Part shown: in pieces, positions 9,235-20,017 of the stretch
Layout: each line of letters opens with the position of its first letter
How positions within the stretch are numbered: position 1 is the first letter of the stretch
Assembly: GCA_946965045.2 (NCBI GenBank)
Contig: OX337238.1
Span: forward strand, 1,240,001-1,304,000
Source of the DNA: Epithemia pelagica
Taxonomy: Eukaryota; Protista; Bacillariophyta
Direction of reading: 5' to 3'
DNA: 64,000 bases
The notes under the pieces: generated by a model
What the model was told of the DNA's origin: nothing
The model's input: only the letters and a program-made list of their open reading frames with translations
The model's database searches: none
Translations under genes and position numbers: made by a program

Positions 9235-12200
9235 TTGATTGCCGATTCTGCAGATAGTCCATGTCATTTCAGTGTGTCTGATTCAAACTATTCTTCGTCT
9301 TTCAAACCACCAGTAGTAGGTTCTTCTCCTTCCCCTACTCCAGAGCTTGATCCATCTTCTTTGATGACCCCCAAGATATCACAAGAACAAATGGATCCGT
9401 CTCTTCCCAAGATTCCGACGCCGTTGTTTCCACTTCGTTTTTCAGATGAGACCCAACCGTCCATTGCCGATATCAAGACCAAGATTGACACTCCGTCGCC
9501 AACTCTGGTTACTCCAAGCTCTCCTCGACCGAGACATCGTTCGATAAGCTTCGCAGGTACGGTTTCTTGTCGCAAGTTTTCAAGTACGAAACCAGCAGCA
9601 AGACGAAAATCTTAACCTCGATCGGGTTCGGCAAATCCTACGACGTCTGTCCAATCGATTTTGAGAACTTCTTCCTTATCGTCCTTTCAAGATGTTCAGA
9701 GCTCAGACACGATTCCTACAGATTCCTTAGCGGTTGACGAAGAAATTAGTACTACTAATCGCAGACTGATCTCCGCAGTCGCAGAAGCTTCGCACGCTGA
9801 GAATTCACGCCAGTCGGTCCTCACGGACGCCGCGACTGCCTCACAACTTCCTATTGGTACCTCTCGTGCATTTGGAGCCCCGTCTCCTAACATTGCTTCC
9901 GATCAATCAGGTCGGGCGCTATCTCGAAACTTGGAACGACTTCAATCAGAGATACGCTCAGGCGAAGAAATGTTAGGTGAGTCCCAAATCGTACCTTTGA
10001 CTGCTCATGCGAGCACTCAGGAAGTGATCCCATCGGTTGAACAACCGAGGAATCTCCCAAACGATCCGTCGCACATCTTCACGAGGAAAATTCCGCGACC
10101 TCCTCTTTCAACACCGAAGATAATCCACAATGTGGATACATTGGTCTCGATTTGCAATCGCAAAGTCTCGACACCGAAACCGTCTCCATTTATCCACGAG
10201 ATAAACCTGGATGCAGCCACCAAGAATTCATCGTTGATTGCCGAGTACAACTTCGATCTTCAATCCCTTTTCGACGCCTTCCCAAATTCCACGATCAGCC
10301 CGGGTTCCGAGTTCCGTTCCATCGACGAAATCTGACAAGTGCTGGGCACCCACCCATTCTGGGACAAGATTGATGAGATCCTTCGTTTTGGTGCCCGCTA
10401 TACGTTCAAGCCACTACCATCAGAAGACGATCGTCACAAGGAAAACGACGCCATTTTGGAGTATGGAAACCACGCCTCTGCTCGGAAGAAGCCCGAAGCC
10501 TTGCGCAAGGTTATGCAAAAAGATTCGAAGTTTGGATATGCATTCCCAGTAACCTTCGACTGCACTCGTCAAATCAAGAATGGCCGAGCCGGACCCTTGG
10601 GGGTTGCACAGCATAACGGTATTGACGAAAAAGGAGAAATCATCACGAAGGACCGGTTGGCACACGATCAGACGTTTTCGATGGGATTCGCCCCCTCTCT
10701 GAACAAACTGGTGGACGAGTCAGTCCTCATCGATCTGGTCTACGGCTGGTGTATTGATAGGGTGATCCATCAAATCGTTGCGATCCGTCAGCAGTTCCCA
10801 TCGGAACGGATCTTTATTTGCAAGTTTGATTGGGGCGCCGCATACAGGCGGATCAACGGAGATGGAACGTTAGTCGCAAGTTCCATAACGACCAACGCGG
10901 ACGGCCAGTTTGCAAATTTGTTGTTACGTCTTTCCTTTGGAGGTAAACCTCACCCGGCCATGTTCAGCGCTATATCAGAAGCCGCTTGTGACTTGTGCAA
11001 CGACATCGTAGATGTCAAAGACTGGAACCCTGACCGCTGCCAATCACCACTCCAACACATGATGGGGCCGATTTCACGTCTTCCCAATGACGTTCCGTTT
11101 GCGAAGAGTCAGGAAATGGCGGTTGACGTCCTTCCACGTCCAGAGGGCTTCCACGATGTCTATTTAGACGATATGATTCAGATCTTTGTCGACCGCCCCG
11201 ACATCGTCGATCGAACCTCCAAGATTGTTCCGTTGGTTCTTCATCTCCTCGTACGACCGAACAACGACGATGAACCCATTGCTCGCAACGAAATACTCGC
11301 GGCCGACAAGATGATGGCAGAAGGCAGCCCGTCCGAGGAAATGAGGGTCCTTGGTTGGTTGTTAGATACCCGCCAATTACTCATCCGTCTCCCGACCGAT
11401 AAATTTTTGAATTGGAGCAAATCGGTCGAACGAATGCTCAAGGCCAAGACTTGTACCTTCGACGATCTCGACTCCTTACTGGGAAAGCTAGTCCATGCGA
11501 CCAAGGGCATCCCACTAGCTCGGTATTTTACCAAGCGACTGCGACAGTTTGTGACCAACTTTACACGGAAATACCAAGCCAAATACGAAGCACACCGCTC
11601 TCCATCTGACGAGCAACAACCCCAAGTCTCAGGAGCCAAACGAGGCCAAAATAGACCCAAGCCCTGGTTCCGCTATAAAGTACCAGAGGCAATCCGCCCA
11701 GACCTGCGCATGTGGGCGCACCTCCTCAAAAAAGCACACGACGGCGTAAGCTTTAACCTGCTGACATGCCGCCGTCCATCCCACGTCTTCATCGTTGACT
11801 CCTGCCCCTTCGGCATGGGAGGATTCTCAGTTAGCACTGGGAAGGCATGGCACTGCGCTCTCGACCCGGACGTCTACGCTTTGGCCGCAACGGCAGCAGA
11901 CATGAAAGAGGATGAGATTTTCGGGAAACCAGACCACAAACTATCAAATAATCTCTTCGAATTCATTTGCCAAGTGGTTACCGTGTGGATTGCTTGCCTG
12001 GACGGCTCGGTTTCAAGAGAAGACTGCATCCTCAGCCTATCCGACAGTAGTTCTGCGACAGGCTGGCTGCACCGTTCGTCGTTCGGAGTCCAACAATTAA
12101 ACCACCAACGAGTGTCAGAGAAACTCACTATGCTTGCTCTGTCGCATGACTTTACCCTCCACCCAGAACACATTCCGGGGAGGATAAATCATGTAACTGA

Positions 12201-12678
12201 CATGCTTTCTCGCACGTTTGATTGTTGTGATAACGAACTAACTGACAAAATTCTCTCTCTCTACCCGTCCCAGGTGCCAGCGAATTTTCGGATATACCCA
12301 TTGCCAACCGAAATAAAATCCTGGATCTCATTGGTCGCACCGCTGCGGCCCGCGTCTTCTTCGGACGCGTCGAATCCTCCCACGAGGACCGAGACAGAAC
12401 TTGGAAACGGTGGATCGAGCACCTTCAGCTCTTTGGAATCCACAGCGACCCCTTTCTGGACGGCTTCTCGTCCATTCGGCACCGATCGCAGATCGTCTGC
12501 ACCTTCATGCAGCGACTCCGTGACGGAGCTTTCAGCCGAGGGGTTGCGTCGAATTTACGAACGGGCACTATCGAAAAGGCCCTTAGCAACCTGGCTTCAA
12601 AGTTCCGGGATCTCGACAGGCCAAGCCCATGCCATGTCACGGGGAGCAACCGCTACCACCCACTCATCGAGTCCCTGA
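9235..12678 (+). pseudogene. pol: Pol ORF2 (Ser/Pro-rich leader, reverse transcriptase, DIRS-type RNase H), broken by TAA 9613-9615 and TGA 10333-10335
   Basis: RT motifs CKFDWGAAYRRI, LSFGGKPHP, YLDD. RNase H residues in FIVDSCPFGMGG, NNLFEF, SLSDSSSA, HIPGRINHVTDMLSR. The three ORF-track pieces are in one frame, separated by single stops. Confidence 0.9.
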
Positions 12679-13643
12679 AGAGGGCGTGGAAGCATTTGGA
12701 TCCGGAAGACAAAAGACAAAAAGCCATTACCCCTCGACACCTGAGACATATGTTGATTGAGTTGACCAAACGAGACCCTGACGGACGGAACCCCTGCGAC
12801 CTTACATCCTTTCGAGCCTGCAACGCTGAACTAGCCTGTGCAGCTTACTTCAACGCGTGCAGAAGCTGCGAATACTCAACAGTGAAGCAGAGGGGCAAAA
12901 CGAGACTGCTCACCATCGGCAACATTGTTTTCAAATGCAACGATGATTCGCGGACCCCCATCGAATCGACCCACCCCGAGTTTCTTTCGCGCGCCTTCTT
13001 CGTTTTGATTACATTTGTGTCCCAGAAAAACGGCGAAAAATTTCAGACGAGGACACAGAGCCGAACCAACGACCCTTTGCTTTGCCCTGTCAAACTGTGG
13101 GGGCGAATCATCCGTCGGATTCTATTTTATCGGCCGGACGCACCCGCCAACACGCCGGTGAATTGTTGGTTTGATCCGAAAGTACTCGCGGCCGGAAAAA
13201 CCCCATCTCCTCGCTACATCAGAGCAGAAGACACGATCAAGATACTTCGGGAGACTTGTGTAAGCGGCGGCGGCCAAGCGAAATTCGGTTACAGACCTCT
13301 CGAGATTGGAACGCATTCGTAGAGATCAGGAGCCGCAATGGCATTGTTCTTGGCGAAGACATCAGTCCTCAAGATCATGATCTTGGGCAGATGGTCTTCA
13401 GCGGCGTTCCTGCGTTACATCCGCCCACAAGTGATGGAGTGGACAGCGGGCATGTCGACGGCGATGTTGACAAATCCTGATTTCCGACACGTCGACCCAT
13501 CGTCAAACACCGAAATATCAAGCGGAGACGTTGAAGCCTTGCAATCCAACCTGGAAGCAGCCATAGAGTCACCGGAGGAAATCAAGTTCAGTGGCTCCGT
13601 GGAATTCGACACTTTCACCTCGCATCTCAACCTCGAGTTCTGA
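12507..13643 (+). pseudogene. Tyrosine recombinase ORF3, broken by TAG 13320-13322 inside the HxxR motif
   Basis: Catalytic pattern R (FNACRSCEY), K (KNGEK), H-S-*-R (GTHS*RSGAAMA), LGRW, YIR. Overlaps the pol 3' end in another frame. Confidence 0.9.
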
Positions 13644-13839
13644 CATCGTCGTTTGAGCGACCGAGCCAAATCTTTGGTGTCAATTCCGTTGTTCAATGGT
13701 GTTGGGAGCCATCTTGGTTTCCGGGGCCTTTACGGCACACACGACTACCCCTAGCGTGCATGAACTACTATGTGTGAGACCTGCACGACGACAGAGCGCC
13801 ACGACAGCTGCAGGATGTGGTCGCTGGGTCATCCCCTCG

Positions 13840-13901
13840 TTGTCTGTCGTGCGTACGTCGTGACTTCGGGAGCAGATGTTCGGACATCAGATGGACGAGC
13901 A
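13840..13901 (+). repeat. Terminal repeat A2, truncated and joined to AKR sequence
   Basis: Direct repeat of 6221-6292 with a 10-bp deletion; identity ends at ...GGACGAGCA and AKR sequence follows at once. Confidence 0.9.
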
Positions 13902-14469
13902 ACGAGCCGTGGACGATGGCTTGGTCAAGAGTATCGGGGTGTCCAATTTTTCACCGTACAAATTGCACAAGCTCTTGCAAACCTGTCGCATTCCACCGGC
14001 CGTCAATCAAGTCGAATGCCATCCCTATTTGCGATTGGCCGACTTGCATCGGTATTGTCAAGCCCACAACATTCATGTCACGGGATACAGTCCGTTGGGA
14101 TCGCCCGATCGACCCGACGTGGTGAGTAAGGAAGTAAATGAACCACTCTTGTTGCAGGATGAGACGATTGCCGCCATTGCCACCAAACATGGCGTATCAC
14201 CGGCTCAAGTCTTGTTGCATTGGGGTGTCGTGTGTGGTCCCCATTCCGTCTTGTGCAAATCGTCCAGTCCCAGCAGGTTGGAGCAAAATGTCGCCAGTCT
14301 GTCCGCGCTTGTCCTCAATGACGACGACAAGGCCCAACTCAAGGCCTTGGATCGACATCGACGATACATTACCGGAGCCTTTTGGATTGTCGAGAGCGGT
14401 CCCTATACCATGGAAAATTTGTGGGATGAAGGCACCACCGTGGATAATCTCTTGGCGGAGAAGAAATGA
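13901..14469 (+). pseudogene. 5'-truncated aldo-keto reductase copy (lacks the catalytic tetrad region)
   Basis: Matches 3383-3951 with about 22 substitutions by hand count. Confidence 0.9.
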
Positions 14470-14871
14470 AAACGAGACATCCTAGTAAGAGAGTGAAATC
14501 CATATAGATGGTTGATGGAGCAATATCGATTGATACAACTAGCTAGCTACATAGGACTGTGAACTGCCGAAACAAAGCATCATGGCATGTTTCGCAGCGT
14601 GAATGGTTTCATCCCAACCACCAAATCGGTCCAGTGGTTCCCACGTCCATTTCCGAAACAACACTGTTCATCTCGCGATCTCTCTCTCTCTCTTCTCTGC
14701 AAACCAAATCAAGACGAGTTCTGTGAATTGTTTTGTTGGTTAGCCTTCTCTCTCGTAGAAACTTTGTCTCTCTCGTAGAAACTTTGTCTCTCTCTCTCTC
14801 GGCATGGTAGTCTCATGGCGCCAGTGTCGTAAGCGCGTATTTCCGGGGTGTTTGTGGTGTCCGAACCAAGG

Positions 14872-15869
14872 ATGGAACCATGCAGACGACAACCATTGGG
14901 GCATTCCCATGGACACAACCGTAACATCGCAACGCAGTCGGAACCAAATGAGTTGACACGCTTCCCCATTTTGCGTGATCGTATGGTTGAAGTGGTCATG
15001 GTAAGTATGCTGAGAAATATGCGCATACATTTTGTTTAGCAATTTTGTTCTCTAACGCATTCCACAAACAGAACCTGCTACGTCGTTGCGTTTCTCCGAC
15101 GCAAATGATGGTGGCAAACTGGGTCAAGATTGAACTTGCGTATATTAACACCTCTCACCCAGACTTTATTGGAGGATCACAAGCTGTTGCTTCTTTGATG
15201 GCGAAGATTGGAAAAGAGAATGACCGCAAGTGTGCGGCCGGTATTGCCGGTGTTGTCGGAGTGCCCGATAACGCACCGGCCCCTCTTTCGGACGCATCCG
15301 TGAACAACTACGAATATGAAGGTGAAGATGAGAACGTCTCGGTGTATGAGAAGCGATCAGCAAAGAGTGGAGGTATCATGGGCATGCTTTTTCAAAAGGA
15401 AGGCAAGCCGGGCAACAACGGAAAGAATGGTGGTCCCGTAGGAGGTCCTCCTTCTACGGTAGGTTCGGCCCGAAAGATCCAAAAAGGACGGGCCTCCTTA
15501 GAACCACCCAGTATGGTTGAGCTTCCACAGGTTCCAGATTGTATGAACCAGGCTGATATTCCAGTCACAGAGAAGGAAACGATTGAAATGGAAATCATCA
15601 AAACCTTGGTGGGTTCGTATTTTGACATTGTGCGCAAGAATTTTACTGACATGGTCCCAAAGACTATCATGTATTTCCTGGTCAACCATGTGCGTGATTC
15701 GCTGCAGAATGAACTCGTATCCGAGCTATACCGTGAAGCCGAAGTTGGCACACTTTTGCAAGAGGCCGAAGATATCGCAGCTCGCCGTCAGAGTTGCATG
15801 GAGATGAAGGATTTGCTCGGTAAGGTAATGGAAATTGTCAACGAAGTGCGAGACTATACAACACAATGA
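14872..15869 (+). pseudogene. Dynamin stalk/GED fragment, copy 2 (exons 14872-15000, 15072-15869)
   Basis: Same as 4364-5346 but keeps RDRMVEVVM at the donor and KTIMY; the intron is retained. Confidence 0.85.
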
Positions 15870-16190
15870 AATAGGCAGTCTCCGGTGAGTTGGGAACGGC
15901 TCTACTTGGGAGTAACAGTATTGTCAAAAAGTGGGCGCACGTGAACGTTACTTGCAAAAATGAAGATCATAGTCATTGCTTCGTCGTTGTAAGTCCAACT
16001 CATTCATTGTTTGTTTCTATGACCAAAGCAAGGAGTAAATCTCAAAAACTGGAGTCTCTTTGTGTTTACTTGGAAAAATGCATGTCATGGAAAATCAGTG
16101 TCTAGATTTGTTAGATATTCTGTCGCCAAGTATCCAAACAATTTCATATGTATCAAACGAGTAATTTCCCTTCCACTTGCAAAATATCGC

Positions 16191-16570
16191 CTAGAGACGA
16201 ATGCCGATGAATTTCTTGAAGCAATCACGGCGCGTCTCCACTGTGCCTCCGGACGCCTGGCCGTAGAAATCCAGCGCGGCAGTCAACGCAGGCCCATTCA
16301 TGGTGTTCAAAGCTTGAAGAGTGGCAGGAAACAGGGGAAATGGGTTCCCAGTGCCATCATTCAACGGAGTAAGCATATCATTTTGATGGACAGCCACGGC
16401 GTTGCTTTGACGTGCATTGATATTCGCGAGGTGTGCATCGATATTCGCGAGGCGTGCATTGATAGGAGCCAAGCCAGCAGCCAAGCCAGCAGCCAAGCCA
16501 GCAGCCAAAGCCCAGGACCAAACCAAGCAGGGGCTCCTCCCCCCGCCACAACGCCTGTGGCAGCAGCAGT
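16191..16570 (-). pseudogene. 3' half of the Mug135-like gene, frameshifted and cut off from its 5' half
   Basis: Matches 5599-5964 with one extra 12-bp LAAG unit and a +2 insertion (GGTCCTGGGCTTTGG); the match ends at 16570. Confidence 0.85.
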
Positions 16571-17176
16571 AGTGCGTTCAAACTTAGGTAACAGAAATTG
16601 GAGTGTAATTTCTTCCCTAAGTTTAGGTAAACTTAGGTAATGAAATTTAGGTAGTTTAGGTGGCTACCAGTTCCGCCATCTATGGTGACTTAGTTCACAT
16701 CGTAATGACACCGTACAAATCCTTGTCATCTTCCTCCGGGCCTGTTCATTTGTTTGTTTGTGGTAAGTATATCTTACCTTCATCAAGTATCTGAGATTAA
16801 GGCCAACTCTCAAGCCTCAAGCAAACATCAGCCTTGTCTTGCCCATGCATATGTTACGGAGGTAACTCCACACATTATTTTTCATGGGTTTGCAATATGC
16901 TCAACTGAGATCCCACCAGTTGACTGATCGACAGTAGAGGTTCGATCACAAGGTTGTTCAGTTGCGATAGTGGCTCAATGCTGAGGAAGATCATCCGCCC
17001 TGTGTGTCCACCTGTACTGACTCACCATTGCAACAATCAAGCTGCGTTCACTGTTCAACCCGGTGTCACATAGTATGGTAGCATCCATAGTTTCTTGGAG
17101 AGGACCTACCTAAACTTTGGTGGGCACTTTCGGCGTCGTGAAAGATAGGCAAAACTTAGGTGCCTAAATTTAGGGG
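16571..17176. other. Unassigned AT-rich inserted segment with clustered (A/T)TTAGG/CCTAA motifs at both ends; possible non-autonomous DNA transposon remnant
   Basis: Motifs AACTTAGGTA, CCTAAGTTTAGGTA, AAATTTAGGTAG at 16581-16661 and TACCTAAACTT, AACTTAGG, CCTAAATTTAGG at 17107-17174. Weak terminal inverted similarity (16571-16590 vs 17107-17128). No ORF and no target-site duplication found. Confidence 0.4.
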
Positions 17177-17228
17177 ATTGTGTTTGGCCAAGTGAATCCT
17201 GACAGTACGGAACTTCCTTCAGTTCCTA
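17177..17228 (+). repeat. 52-bp templated insertion copied from gag 8074-8125
   Basis: Exact match ATTGTGTTTGGCCAAGTGAATCC...CAGTTCCTA. Confidence 0.9.
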
Positions 17229-17231
17229 GAA

Positions 17232-19340
17232 GTTTCAAATTGCATTCTTGAAAACTTCTTTCTTCTCGTCCTCTTTGTCCTTGGAGAGTCGCGTGGAGTG
17301 CTTGAGAAAGGCTTCGGACAATCGATCGGACAACCTTTCTGTCATGAACACTGCTTCAGGAGAGATACCTCCAAAAGACGAAGGAGGAATCCCTGAGGGT
17401 GGAGGCAATGGATTCGTACTTGGGGTAGGAGGAAAATCTCAAGGACGTCGGTCACTAACTCCAAGACGAAACGGTGAATTCTGGTCAGGGAATGCTTTTG
17501 CCTTGTGACGGTGAAACAACTTCGAGGCAACGTCAAATTTAGACGGGACATCCATAACCAAAGGGTCAACATTTCTCGGTTTCTTCTGTACAATCCACAG
17601 GAAGCGGAATAGAGGAAGGACTCCAGCAAAGACTGGATGAGAAATGTCCACACTCTTACTCTTCAAAAAGCGGTCCCGACCAATCGAACGTGCCCAGCGC
17701 CGGACAAGGAAACGAAATAAGAACACCGCCACAGCCTTGGGGGAACACTGAGGAGAGTCATAGCCAACCTTAGAAAAGAGTTTCAACAATTCACCAGCAA
17801 TTGAGGGATGAAGAGGGAAGATTCCCATGTACTCGAAGGTATTCGGATCTTCAACTGGTACATTATCATCACTATCAGCCTTGGTCTCTTCAGTGTCGTC
17901 GTTCGTTTCTTCTGGGAGGGAAAGATTTTCAAACTTGTCACCGTCAAACTGGAAGTTTGGGAATGAGTCTGAGGGTCGGGAAGAGCCTTGAATGGGAGCC
18001 GAAGAAGCAACAGCATGCAAATCGGACACACATTCTTCAAAGATCATGGACAAAGACGGGATACCTGAATACTCCGTGCTAATCAAAACGGAGCGTAGTT
18101 CATTGGATACCAAAGAGACTTGGGGACTGTCAAAGCCTGCTTGCGTGAGGCAGATAAAGGAAGGGGAGGGATTGACAATCGAACCAGAGTCGGGAGCTAA
18201 CAAGACGTTATGGATCAGGCACAATTTCTTGTCATGGTCAGTACCCAGGAATGCAAATGGGGAGCCATTCAAGTCACAGGATAGAAAGCGTTGAAGGTCT
18301 TGGAGTGATGTCACATTCCCGAAACTCGTAAACACATCCTTCCAAATCTTGAGGTCACTGTCGATCGAAAGATGGAGATCCGAACAAAAAGAATCAGACC
18401 AATCAACCGGGCGGCATGACAAAAGTCGAGCCTTCTCTGAAGACGAGATTGGGAAGACACCTTTGAACATGTCCGAACGCTTGAAGGGGAGAGGGGTCGA
18501 TTCCTTGGGAGTAGTACCGCCACCATGGACAGAACGTGTTCCAACGCCTGCACGAGTACCAGACGACGCATGGATATTCGAACCATCGTTGCCACGGGAA
18601 CCGTCACCATCTACAGAGCAGAGGTCGACCACTTCGGTTTCCGAAACACCAGCATGGGTATCATTTCCTCGGGAAAGTTGGGAGACAACAGGAATGTCAG
18701 AAGCAGTCCCGTTGGAAGGGGGAGGACCTTTCAAACCCATCAAAGGATCCTGTTGAGGCGGGTCCGGAGGCGGGAAGAAGAAGTCGTCGTCCTCAAAGAA
18801 AGGATTAGTCGAAACAGTCATCGTAGCAAACAGTTTTTGAATCCTTAGAACTATCTAGTTTGATGTCCTCCACTTGAGATGGCAGATTTCGAAGTCTCTA
18901 CTCACTATCCCAAGATTGTGAGCTCGACTCTGATGCCGATGTTCTGCTTCCCAGCTCCATCCACAGTTGCGCGCTGGCCGTGGCCGTGTGCGCGCTCCGC
19001 GCGTGCTCGTCCATCTGATGTCCGAACATCTGCTCCCGAACTCCTGCCGCGTCACGACGTACGCACGACAGACAAGCATCCGCCCGAAAAGTTTTTCGTG
19101 AACTCGCTGTCATTTTGTCATTACCATACCATGGCGTTCAATCCACCTGTAGTTGCAAACCCGAATGCTCAAGCGGCTCTCGATTTAATTGTCGACGTTG
19201 GCGCAGCTAGGCCTGCCAATGTCCGCATCACTCGGTCTGCAAAGCGCAAGAAAATAGCGGAGGGCCTATTTCAAAATGGTTCCATCACGGAAGCAGAGTA
19301 CGGGGATCACGAAGCGTTCCAAGCACGTTGCACTGCTGCT
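17232..19340 (-). mobile_element. Inverted copy of ~5956-8066: Mug135-like 5' half, repeat A1 and 5' half of gag (gag 18821 downward, premature TGA at 17439-17441)
   Basis: Reverse-complement identity. ORF 17439..18821 reproduces gag residues 1-460 with 4 amino-acid changes and CGA>TGA. Confidence 0.95.
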
Positions 19341-19519
19341 TGCAACGTGCTTGGAACGCTTCGTGATCCCCGTACTCTGCTTCCGTGATGGAACCATTTT
19401 GAAATAGGCCCTCCGCTATTTTCTTGCGCTTTGCAGACCGAGTGATGCGGACATTGGCAGGCCTAGCTGCGCCAACGTCGACAATTAAATCGAGAGCCGC
19501 TTGAGCATTCGGGTTTGCA
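19154..19519. repeat. Palindrome: 179-bp arms (19154-19332, 19341-19519) with an 8-nt loop CTGCTGCT
   Basis: ...TTCCAAGCACGTTGCA ctgctgct TGCAACGTGCTTGGAA...; the right arm equals 5964-6142. Confidence 0.95.
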
Positions 19520-20017
19520 CGAGAAATTTAGGTCCTTGCTTGATCTTGAAAAAAATCAGCCGCGCATATCATTGAATACTCCTAGATGTTTTTTGAAGGG
19601 TTCATAGCTTCCTCTGCATTATTATTTGTTGTTTCTTCACCGACCCGGTCCGTGTCCTGATCGCATATGTCTAGTAGCTTGACCAAACATTTGAAACACT
19701 GATCACCAACATTTGTGTCAGGTTCTAGAGGGGAAGAAAACGAAGAGCAGAAGTATCATTGTCGTATAGTTCTCTTTGCGTTTGTTATACTCATGTGGCT
19801 AGCATTCGAAAAATGTAGTGCACGAAGAATGGCCTTTCTCTCCCTCAACCTACACGCTACGGCTCCACCAAACAGATATTACTCTCCATCGTCATTAAAG
19901 TACTACAACTGTCGTGAAGGTGCCCAGTTGTGGCACCATATACTAGAGGCAAGAGATATCCGCGGCACCCCCTTGAAACAATACCACTAATACTACTTCT
20001 ACTACAAAGATGAAGTC

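Larger units (their letters stand above)
6221..13901 (+). mobile_element. Tyrosine-recombinase retrotransposon, Ngaro-like (split direct repeats A1-gag-RT/RH-YR-[B1]-A2), 3'-truncated and inactivated
   Basis: Order gag(CCCH) - RT - DIRS-type RNase H - overlapping YR ORF. The 5' terminal sequence recurs as a direct repeat after YR. No integrase and no inverted terminal repeats seen. B2 is absent because A2 is fused to AKR sequence. Confidence 0.9.
13901..16570 (+). repeat. Direct segmental duplication of ~3383-5964 (AKR 3' part, intergenic DNA, dynamin fragment, Mug135-like 3' part); offset ~10.5 kb
   Basis: Near-identical sequence and identical ORF sets. Copy 2 has an extra 15 bp at the dynamin donor exon and an extra ~69 bp after the dynamin stop. 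Confidence 0.95.

Noticed and set aside
6221-13901. LTR retrotransposon or prophage integrase interpretation
   Set aside because: No DDE integrase or protease, and no TG..CA LTR pair. The YR overlaps an RT/RNase H ORF, as in DIRS-order elements.
16581-17176. Telomere or interstitial telomeric array
   Set aside because: The TTAGG motifs are spaced irregularly, occur in both orientations and never form tandem TTAGGG/TTTAGGG runs.
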